Assembly: GCA_963726195.1 (NCBI GenBank) | Contig: CAVSBO010000007.1 | Span: forward strand, 62,533-126,532 | Reading direction: 5' to 3' | From: Candidatus Thorarchaeota archaeon | GTDB taxonomy: Archaea > Asgardarchaeota > Thorarchaeia > Thorarchaeales > Thorarchaeaceae | Length of the DNA: 64,000 nucleotides | Shown: piece after piece, positions 42,644 to 51,260 of the stretch | Layout of the letters: the number at the start of each line of letters is the position of its first letter | Numbering within the stretch: position 1 is the first letter of the stretch | Notes under the pieces: generated by a model | What the model saw: only the letters and a program-made list of their open reading frames with translations | The model's database searches: none | Told to the model about the DNA's origin: nothing | Position numbers and translations under genes: made by a program

Positions 42644-43228
42644 ATGGTAACAGCACTCTTCAAGGTCGTGCTCATGGGTGACGGCAGTGTAGGCAAAACC
42701 ACACTAAGGAAGGTCTACATGGGCGAGGGCTTTCGTGCCCAGTATATGATAACCATAGGCGCAGACTTCGCTGTGAAGAAGATGCAGCTGGCCGGGGGAC
42801 ATGACGTAAGCATCCAGATCTGGGACTTGGCAGGTCAGGAGCACTTCAAGAGCGTCCGTTCCACCTTCTACAAAGGTGCCCAAGGCGCACTTGCAGTCTA
42901 TTCGACTGTGGAAAGGGCATCGTTTGACAATCTGCCCAACTGGATGAATGAGTGTTGGACCAACGCGGGGAAGAAGATTCCAGTTGTTCTTATTGCAAAC
43001 AAGACAGACCTTAGGGAGCAGTTCAAGAACAATCCCGCCATGAAGCAGACAATTGTAACCACTGCGGAGGGCGAGAAATATGCCCAGACAATCGCTAAGA
43101 GCGGCGTACACTGCTCTTTTCTTGAGACCTCCGCCAAGACCGGAGAGAATGTTGAAGCGGCCTTCTTGGAACTCGCGATAAAGATACTAGAGGCCGGAGG
43201 CATGGTGGAGCCGGGCCGTACGAAATGA
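42644..43228 (+). CDS. Rab-like small GTPase
   Basis: GDGSVGKT, TIGADF, WDLAGQE, NKTD, ETSAK. Confidence 0.9.
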   Translation: MVTALFKVVLMGDGSVGKTTLRKVYMGEGFRAQYMITIGADFAVKKMQLAGGHDVSIQIWDLAGQEHFKSVRSTFYKGAQGALAVYSTVERASFDNLPNWMNECWTNAGKKIPVVLIANKTDLREQFKNNPAMKQTIVTTAEGEKYAQTIAKSGVHCSFLETSAKTGENVEAAFLELAIKILEAGGMVEPGRTK

Positions 43229-43306
43229 CGAGTCTGTCCAGCTGGCTGTATTAATAACACTTTTAGCAGAGCCCGGCGGCGGCTTCGACTTGCCACACAT
43301 CAGTGA

Positions 43307-44440
43307 GTGAAAAACATGGAACAGCAGGAAACGCCTCTTTTCTTGAAACCTCGGACGCTGAGGGCTCCAGCAACAGAAGGTGGTCAGTTCACCCGCAGGC
43401 TGGCGATGAACAAGGTTGGGCGGATGATTGCAGCAGCATTGCAGGACCGCACTATTCGTCTGTTCGATGCTCGTAGCTGTGAAGAGATTCAGAAAATGAC
43501 GGACAGTTTCCTCTGTACATCTATTGCATTCAGTCCTCGTGGGGATGTACTTGCCTCTGGCGGTGTCGATCACATTGTGAAGATATGGGACGTCAGAACG
43601 GGCAAGCTGCTTTCAAAGCTGGAAGGCCACACATACCCCGTGCTGACACTCGCTTTTTCACCTGACGGCAGCCGCTTGGTTTCGGGCTCGGGTGATACGA
43701 CGCTCATAGTCTGGGATCTTGAGAAGCGCTTGAAGCTTCATCAGTTGAAGGGTCATTCGCTGTACGTTGTCACCTGTGATTGGGACCCGAATGGAGACCG
43801 CATCATATCAGGTGGAGTCGACTCGACTGTGAGGGCTTGGGACTCCACGACAGGTGAGATGACAGCCAAGATGGAAGACCACAGAACTGCTGTGCACGCT
43901 GTTCGTTTCTCTCATGACGGGTCTATGCTCGCCTCTGGCTCATCGGACCAGACCATCATCCTCTGGGACGCAGCCAGAGATGGTTTGAAGCTAGAGAACG
44001 TTCTTCAGGGGCACTCCGGAGAGGTCAGGTCCCTTGCATTCAGTGCCGACAACAAGTATCTCGCATCAGGGTCGAGCGAGAAGGAGCTCCTTGTGTGGTC
44101 TATTGAGAAACGTGCGATTGAAGGACGAGGATCTGCTTTTGGTGAGATTGACGGATTAGAATGGTACCCCACTGAGACCGCGTTCCTGTCCTCTGATGGA
44201 TCGGGAGCAATCACACAATGGTCAGTCATGGACCTTGCTGCCATCATGGTGCCACTAGAGTCACTCCTCAAAGAGATTGAAGCTAACACCAAGCACAATC
44301 GCACACAGGAACTGACGCGCAGATTTGAAGAAATGAGGTCTCAATACGACGATGAGATGCTCCGGGACAAGCGGCTCTTTTATGTGGTCTGGCAATGCAA
44401 GAAGGCTCTAGGTCTGCTCAAGGGAACGACAAAGAGCTAG
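43307..44440 (+). CDS. WD40 beta-propeller protein with helical C-terminal tail
   Basis: Repeated GH...WD units, about 7 blades. Confidence 0.9.
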   Translation: MKNMEQQETPLFLKPRTLRAPATEGGQFTRRLAMNKVGRMIAAALQDRTIRLFDARSCEEIQKMTDSFLCTSIAFSPRGDVLASGGVDHIVKIWDVRTGKLLSKLEGHTYPVLTLAFSPDGSRLVSGSGDTTLIVWDLEKRLKLHQLKGHSLYVVTCDWDPNGDRIISGGVDSTVRAWDSTTGEMTAKMEDHRTAVHAVRFSHDGSMLASGSSDQTIILWDAARDGLKLENVLQGHSGEVRSLAFSADNKYLASGSSEKELLVWSIEKRAIEGRGSAFGEIDGLEWYPTETAFLSSDGSGAITQWSVMDLAAIMVPLESLLKEIEANTKHNRTQELTRRFEEMRSQYDDEMLRDKRLFYVVWQCKKALGLLKGTTKS

Positions 44441-44493
44441 CCACTCAACTGCGTCGTTTCGGAGTCTCGTCCGGATTCAGCACTCGACCATCA

Positions 44494-45021
44494 TTATGCC
44501 TTGGATGAATCAATCATCATTTCGCAGAGTGCTGAATACACCTGTTCGACGTTCTCTCCCGACAGAGCACTTGCTTCCACGTAGAGAAACTTGTTCTTGT
44601 CCGCGTATTCCTTTCCCTCTTCTGTCGACACGACTCTTTCTTGGACTAAGTCGACCTTGTTAGCCACCACCACCAGAGGAATAGGGTGGCTGGTGCCCTT
44701 GAACGCTTCCTCCTTCCATTGTTCGAGGCTGAGGAATGTTCTTCGTCGAGTCACGTCAAAGACGAGCAGTCCACCACGCGATCCCCGGTAGAATGATTGC
44801 CTCACGGTCTCAAACCGTGGTTGACCTGCGAGGTCCCAAACCTGTAGTGTGATGTTGCAGTCTCTTTCGGGGAGTTGGAGTCTCTTTATAGCGAAATCGC
44901 TGCCGATCGTTCTTTTGTAGTCACTTTCAAAATGGTTCTGAGTGTACCGGACCGTGAGGGCAGTCTTGCCTACAGCTCCGTCTCCCAGCATGACTATCTT
45001 GAATCGGTATTCGGCAGGCAT
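44494..45021 (-). CDS. Rab-like small GTPase
   Basis: GDGAVGKT, TIGSDF, WDLAGQ, NKVD, EASA. Confidence 0.9.
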   Translation of the reverse strand: MPAEYRFKIVMLGDGAVGKTALTVRYTQNHFESDYKRTIGSDFAIKRLQLPERDCNITLQVWDLAGQPRFETVRQSFYRGSRGGLLVFDVTRRRTFLSLEQWKEEAFKGTSHPIPLVVVANKVDLVQERVVSTEEGKEYADKNKFLYVEASALSGENVEQVYSALCEMMIDSSKA

Positions 45022-45176
45022 TCAATGTGCACCCGCATCAGATTCGTGTTAGTTCATCCAGCCCTCCTAAAAACCATAGCTCTCATACATATGGCAACCG
45101 AATGCGGCTGAAGGGCTCAATAGTCGCAGGCCCGTAGCGGAATGTATTCTGCGCTATGACTTAATAGGGTTGTAAT

Positions 45177-46397
45177 CTACGTAGCCGTTGATAGGCTCAT
45201 ATAGACTTGGGGCTTCATCAGTTCATCGAGATGCCTCGCGAGTTCATCGGCATCTCTCGTCTCCGCCCCCATCAAGGGCAACCCAGCCGGGAGTACCGCA
45301 GCATCGAACCACGGCACTTCCGGTGAAACTCCTCTCATCCTTAGGTAGATGTTGACGCCCGCGTTGAACTGCCGGTCGATTTTCAGTCCGCACGATGGGC
45401 ACTCGAAGACTTTCTCAGCTCTCAGGGATTTGTTGGTTGCCCCGCACCTGCTGCAGCGCTTCGATGTCCATGCCGGGTTCACCTCGATGGTCTCGGCTTT
45501 GTTCTTCACGAGCTGGTAGAGCTGACGCCAGTTCGCATGGTCAAGATTGCGGTTCCAGCGGTGGTGATGGTTCTTGAACATGCATTTCTTATCCAGATGC
45601 TCGAAGCCGTGGATTGCGGGAACCTCGGTCATCTGGTTGGCGAGGCCGCACAGGTATTCCTTCACCCGGTTCTTGCATCGTGCCCGGTACTTGGCATAGA
45701 GATTCTTGCCCGCCTTCTTGTTTCGGGCATAGACCCGGTTGATGTTCCTGAACTTGTTGTCATATGTGATGTGGATGGTGTGCAACGGTTTGGCGTCCAC
45801 TTTGACCCAACCACGGCTCTCCGAGTACCCGTCGATGGAAAGCACGTTGGAGTCCCACCCTATCACATCCTTCCCGTATACTTCACCATCCGGAAGCGTA
45901 ATCGGGATGTGCAGTCTCGTGTCTGTGAGGATCGGCTCCCCAATCCTCCCGTTCAGCGGGAAGTAGCGCTTGGAGAGGTCGATGTAGACGAACTGGTTCG
46001 GTTTGATCGAGATTCGTATCAGTTCTCCCTCAACCTTCATCAATGTCTGTTTCACCCGGACGAAGAAGCGCTTCACGACAGGCTTATTCTCCTTCCTTTG
46101 TCCCTTGCTGTAATTCCTTTTCCACGAGTCGATGATTGAAAACGCGGTCTTCAGCGCGGAGTCGATCCAGTGCGCCGAATACTCCCACCCGTCGAGGAAC
46201 TTGCCCCGCATCCGCTTCTTGAACGCATAGCTCGGGATTGACGGGAATATCCGCACTTGTTTGCTGTTCTTCTTCGGCTTCTCTGTCCAGCGAATGTTCT
46301 CCCAAATCTCGGAGATCATCTTATTGAGCGCGTCCCGGTAGGCCAAGAAGAAAGAGTCCAAGCGGAGGTCGTGCTTGAGCGTGTACGTCTTGATCAC
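45177..46397 (-). mobile_element. tnpB: TnpB (IS200/IS605/IS607 family RNA-guided nuclease), no intact tnpA
   Basis: RuvC-I GWDSN, RuvC-II FEHL, VNPAWTSKRCSRCG...CPSCG Zn finger, RuvC-III DRQFNA; element ends not defined. Confidence 0.9.
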
Positions 46398-46540
46398 TCG
46401 GCATCTTCCTCGCTCGCGATGATGTTCTTATTACATAACTTAAGTGATGATGCGCGACTATATATGCCCCTCACTCAAGAAACTATTCAAAAGGCATGTG
46501 AGTACGAGAGGACGATACAGCGTTGGCTGGAGTGAAAGCA

Positions 46541-46927
46541 ATGGAACGGCCTAACTACGGAGCACTGGCTCGCATCCTTGATGAGATGAACAGAGAGGGC
46601 AAGTACAAGGCATCCATTCTTGCTCGGGATGACGGTCTTCTCATGGCATCAGCAACCTCTCCATCGACTAACAAGGAAGTCGTGGCAGCCATGTCCGGTT
46701 ACGTTGCCTCGTCCGTGGAAAGGATGCGGAACGAGCTCGGGCTAGGCGAGCTCAAGGATGTGTCAGTGCGCTGCGCTGGGGGAAAGGCCGTTTTCAGAAA
46801 GATATCCTCGGGCAAGGACCAGCCAATCATCTTGGCTGCGATTATGGATCGCAGCGTAAGATACCACTCTAGAGCACTAGGAAAGGCAGCCACAAAGATT
46901 CGAGCACTGATGCGTCGTAGAGCTTAG
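46541..46927 (+). CDS. Roadblock/LC7 (MglB-like) protein
   Basis: ASILARDDGLLMAS...VAAMS pattern, about 128 aa. Confidence 0.85.
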   Translation: MERPNYGALARILDEMNREGKYKASILARDDGLLMASATSPSTNKEVVAAMSGYVASSVERMRNELGLGELKDVSVRCAGGKAVFRKISSGKDQPIILAAIMDRSVRYHSRALGKAATKIRALMRRRA

Positions 46928-47025
46928 AGGCGTGCTCCAATACGCAGGTTACACCTGCAAAAGCTTCAAGTGAAAGGTATTAGAAATTCCATTCTGCCAT
47001 TCCCTCGGTTTAGGAGCACATCCTC

Positions 47026-47358
47026 TTGCCAAAGAAAAGACAGATGGTCGCAAAGGTTGAAGAGGAAGAGGAACCGACAGTCATAGAGATATTCCTCTTC
47101 AAATCCGACGCGTGCATTTTCTGTCCAAGAGCCGAGGAGGTGGTGCGACAAACCGTTGAGGAGTTCGATGCCTCGATATTCAAGATCACAACAATTAACG
47201 TGACCGAGACCCCCGAGGCCGCAGAGAAGTACGGCATCTTCGCTCTCCCCACCGTGATGATTGGAGGGGCTTCAATCACAGGGATACCGGAGCCAGAGAT
47301 GCTCCTGAAGATGATTCTTGGAGCCAAGGTGTCAAAGAAGAAAGGTGCAGCAGAATGA
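47026..47358 (+). CDS. Thioredoxin-fold protein
   Basis: CIFC, AEKYGIFALPT. Confidence 0.85.
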   Translation: MPKKRQMVAKVEEEEEPTVIEIFLFKSDACIFCPRAEEVVRQTVEEFDASIFKITTINVTETPEAAEKYGIFALPTVMIGGASITGIPEPEMLLKMILGAKVSKKKGAAE

Positions 47359-48101
47359 GCGAGTTTACTATTGAGCGAACTAAGACCGGAATACCCGGCT
47401 TGGATGAACTGATAGAGGGAGGCTTTCCGAAAGGTGACACGATTCTCATCGCAGGGAAGGCTGGCACAGGGAAGAGCATCCTAGCAAACCAGTTCCTATA
47501 CAAGGGCGCGACGCTATATGACGAAACTGGCGTTCTCGTGACTCTGGAGGAACCGCCTCATCTGATCAGGCGAAACATGCTCAGGTTCGGAATGGACCTT
47601 GCCAAACTCGAGAAGTCAGGCAAACTCGCAATAGTCGACCTGTCGCCGTCGAAGGAAGTCGCACCTGTCACGATAGGAGAGTATCCAAGCTTTGACCTCT
47701 CTGGTCTTGAAGCGATTATCATGAGCCATGTGAAGAGAATCAATGCAAAGCGGGTCGTCATTGATACACTGTCAATCATGGCATACAAGTTCAGGAGTCG
47801 TGATATCCTTCGGGAGGAATTCTTCAAGCTCTGCGCTTCAATCACACGGGCTGGTTGCACTCTGCTCCTGACAAGCGAGATACCTGAGCAGGATACCGGA
47901 CTCGGTGTATTCGATATTGAGGCTTTCCTCGCATCGGGTGTCATCGTTCTCTACAATGAGAAGATTAGTGACACGTCTAGGTCACGTTCCATCGAGGTCC
48001 TAAAGCTGAGAGGTTCAAAACACAGTTCACGGTTTCACTCCATGAGAATCACTGATGAGGGAATACGGGTCTGGCCAGCTGAAATCACGCCGGGCCACTA
48101 G
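47355..48101 (+). CDS. Single-domain KaiC-like (RAD55) ATPase
   Basis: TGIPGLDELIEGG, GKAGTGKS, LEE, VVIDTLS, KLRGS. Confidence 0.9.
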   Translation: MSEFTIERTKTGIPGLDELIEGGFPKGDTILIAGKAGTGKSILANQFLYKGATLYDETGVLVTLEEPPHLIRRNMLRFGMDLAKLEKSGKLAIVDLSPSKEVAPVTIGEYPSFDLSGLEAIIMSHVKRINAKRVVIDTLSIMAYKFRSRDILREEFFKLCASITRAGCTLLLTSEIPEQDTGLGVFDIEAFLASGVIVLYNEKISDTSRSRSIEVLKLRGSKHSSRFHSMRITDEGIRVWPAEITPGH

Positions 48102-48110
48102 TATCTGCAG

Positions 48111-48897
48111 ATGGGTGCATCGGTAATGAAGAGACCAAGTCAACCTGCACGAAAGAGAGCGGACGCAGGCGAGACCGCAGAGCCCACTGGTGAGAAGACC
48201 ACTGCTGGGAGCTGCATGAGCAAGCCTGTAACGGCCCACCCTATGATTGGCGACATGGTGCACTTCGGCCAGTTGACCCAGCTGTCGTACATGCTGGTGG
48301 GTCCCCTTGGATCCGGAAAAACGACTTACGCGGAGGCATTCTTGGCAGAAGGGTTGAGTCTGGGGTTTCCTGCTGTCTTCATCACGACAGACGTGTCTCC
48401 TAGGGTAATCAGGAACGACATGAGCAGGCACGGTTGGCCAATCGAAGCGTGTGAGAAAGCAGGCCATTTCAAATTCATTGATGCCTACTCCGAGCGCATG
48501 GGCGCACCCAAGACGACAGCTGCATTCTCACTGTCAAAGATAGACGACATTTCCGATCTTGGAATAACCCTCTCCGAAGCTCTTGAAAAGCTGGTGTGTG
48601 CGAGGGTAGTGATTGACAGCCTTTCTACTCTAATCCTGCACTCGAGCCCCGAGGCTTTGCCACGCTCTATTCAGAGACTCAGCGGGCAGGGTGACTCAAA
48701 ACTCGCACAGCATCATGTTCTTGCTGGAGGAGGGCGTCCATGACGAAAAAACCTATGCAACATACTCCTACCTCACTGACTCAGTGCTCAAGTTCAAGAT
48801 GGATGACACAGGCGCTCAGCCAGCCTACTATGTCAGCTTGGAGAGAATGAGGGGAACTGAGGCCTCAAGAGCGTGGAGACCATTCGCCTTTGAATAG
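48111..48897 (+). CDS. Second, divergent KaiC-like ATPase, frameshift near 48690
   Basis: GPLGSGKT, FIDAYS, VVIDSLST, EEGVHD, ERMRGT; start uncertain. Confidence 0.8.
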
Positions 48898-48940
48898 CTG
48901 TCAAAGCTTTTAACCGAACTCTTCCCGAAGAGACTAACTA

Positions 48941-51259
48941 TTGAGCGGAGTGGCTATGGCGGGTTCTCTGGTACAAGTCACGCTGAGAGACATCCTGTGT
49001 GCATCCCTCTCTCTCGATGATGCTCTTTCAGCGATTCAGAGTGCAGGGGCGTCCGATCCTGACAACGCCGAGACCTTCTATGGTCTTGCCAGAGCAGTGG
49101 AGGAAATCATACTTAGGCGACCCGGACTTGCTAGCACGAAATTCATGGAGCTGACTGTGAGGCTCTCGTTTGGTCGAGACTCGATTATGCCCGAGCTCGT
49201 GATGCTGCTTGATACAAGATACACAAGCGGTTTCAGACGGGCTGAATCAGAGTTATTGCCCGACCTCAAGGCCCTCCCTCAGCTGCTTGATGTGCTCGGG
49301 GAACTCACAGAAGCAACGGAGACGGCTCTGAGGCTCAACCTGCGCCCTCTTGTCGCCTTTCTCACAGATGAGTTGCTCATAACGCTTGAGGCCATATTCA
49401 ACCGTTTCCATGAAGCCACGACGACTCTAGCTCTCCACGAAGTTCACCATCTGACCTACAGTCTCATGAATGCCGCACTCTTCGACTGTGCGGAAGCGCT
49501 CCTCAACCGCCTGTTGGCAATGGCGCGTCAAATGAAGCTTGAGTCTCTGGCTGATGAGATTGCATTTGATGAGGCTTGCGCTCTCACAGAGCTAGGTATG
49601 TTCGAAGAAACACGAATGATGCTTGAAGAAATCGAAAGAAAAGCGCGGTTGAATGGAGACTCCAGACGGCTCGCACAGACCGCTCTGCAGCTTAGTCTCA
49701 ATGACACCAGGGACGATGGCATCCCCTATGAGGCTGCCCGCAGCCTTGCAGAGAAGGCAGCAAGACTCTACAAGCAGGGCACCCAATCTGGAGCTTGTGT
49801 CGACTCGGACCTGGCTTTGGCGCTTCTTGACATCGGGTCCAACATCTTAGTAACCGGTTGGCGTGAGGCAGTACCCCAGGCGATTGATTGGTTACTTGAC
49901 GCCTCCAAGGCGTACGATGCACTTCATGATACGAATACAAACCAGTCGTTCTTTCATTACAAGTGCCTCGCTGCTTTGGGCATAGCACATGGTCTTCTCG
50001 GTGATCACGCCAGTGTTGAACGTGCCATCAACTATCTCCAAGAAGCCAAGTCCATTGTTGAGGGTCTCGAGAAGTCCGGCATTGACTGCGGCCCCGAAGC
50101 TTCGAGATGCGACCATGCTATCGGATGGATGTGTCTTTGCACGGACTCGAATGAACTCTGGCCCGCGGGCATAGAGGCGTTCAAGCGTGCTATCAAGGCT
50201 AGAGAAGTTCTAATGGCTAAGGCCGGAATATCTGAGTTGGAGCTGATAAGCAGTCGAGTCGGTCTCGCGCTATCACTTGTCCGGGCTTCGAATGACTCTA
50301 ACCCGGCTGCCGAGGAGTCGTTGAGAGAGGCATTGATTCAGTACGCTAGACTATTCCCAACTGATCGTCGTGCCTACACCGAGATTGCGATTGCATCATT
50401 CAATACCATCTGGCTGAATCTCCGTCATGGAACAGTGCTTCCTCCTCGGCTTATGGGCCTGCTTGATGATGTGGATAAGATGCTCTCTGATGCGGTCCCC
50501 AGCGAGGACAACATCTTCATTCAAGGAGCAAGTCTTGTCATTCCATATATCAGCTCGTCTTGGGGTCAGCTTTCGCGTCGGGCCAAGAAGATAATCGACA
50601 ACCAATCTGACCTCTCGGGTATTGCCAGCGTTATGATGGGACTTGCCACAGCCAAGCTCAACGCGCCGGCGGTCAACCCCGAGTCAGGGCTGCGAGTGCT
50701 ATCACCGATAGATGATATGGTTCGCCTCGCGGATCCGCTGCTTGCTCAGTACTGGGAAGCCCAGACAGAGTTGGCCCAAACAATAAGGGAGTTCTACGAG
50801 CACAAGAGCTTCTCCGAGCTTGCATCCGGCCTGTACGGGGCCGCGGTATCAATGAGGATGGTGGAGAGCACCGATTCACCGTTCGAGGAGGCCTCTGAGT
50901 TCATTCGTGCCACATCAGGCTCCTTCTCGGGAGTGTTGCTGAGGTTTGCGGCTGCTCTTGAGAAGCAATACGGGAACGTGATAGACCGGTCGAAATATCC
51001 GTCCGTGCCAGAGACTTCTATTGAGGGTGAGTACAGTTTCATTCTCGCTGAAGACTGGATGAACTTGGCGAAGATTACCGACTCGTATCTCCAGATGGCG
51101 GAAGACGCTGAACTCTCCAAGGCACTACCCTATCTCAATGCCATATTCTCCAACATCACTCGTACGTTTCTAATGATGGACAACGTGGCAATGGTTGACA
51201 GAAGAGTGGTTGCTTTTCTCGGAGAGGAGATGAACAGAAGGTTCTACCTCCGAACCTAG
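48941..51259 (+). CDS. Large alpha-helical (TPR-like) repeat protein
   Basis: 772 aa, Ala/Leu-rich with TPR-like segments (ALGIAHGLLG...AINYLQEA). Confidence 0.65.
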   Translation: MSGVAMAGSLVQVTLRDILCASLSLDDALSAIQSAGASDPDNAETFYGLARAVEEIILRRPGLASTKFMELTVRLSFGRDSIMPELVMLLDTRYTSGFRRAESELLPDLKALPQLLDVLGELTEATETALRLNLRPLVAFLTDELLITLEAIFNRFHEATTTLALHEVHHLTYSLMNAALFDCAEALLNRLLAMARQMKLESLADEIAFDEACALTELGMFEETRMMLEEIERKARLNGDSRRLAQTALQLSLNDTRDDGIPYEAARSLAEKAARLYKQGTQSGACVDSDLALALLDIGSNILVTGWREAVPQAIDWLLDASKAYDALHDTNTNQSFFHYKCLAALGIAHGLLGDHASVERAINYLQEAKSIVEGLEKSGIDCGPEASRCDHAIGWMCLCTDSNELWPAGIEAFKRAIKAREVLMAKAGISELELISSRVGLALSLVRASNDSNPAAEESLREALIQYARLFPTDRRAYTEIAIASFNTIWLNLRHGTVLPPRLMGLLDDVDKMLSDAVPSEDNIFIQGASLVIPYISSSWGQLSRRAKKIIDNQSDLSGIASVMMGLATAKLNAPAVNPESGLRVLSPIDDMVRLADPLLAQYWEAQTELAQTIREFYEHKSFSELASGLYGAAVSMRMVESTDSPFEEASEFIRATSGSFSGVLLRFAAALEKQYGNVIDRSKYPSVPETSIEGEYSFILAEDWMNLAKITDSYLQMAEDAELSKALPYLNAIFSNITRTFLMMDNVAMVDRRVVAFLGEEMNRRFYLRT

Positions 51260-51260
51260 T

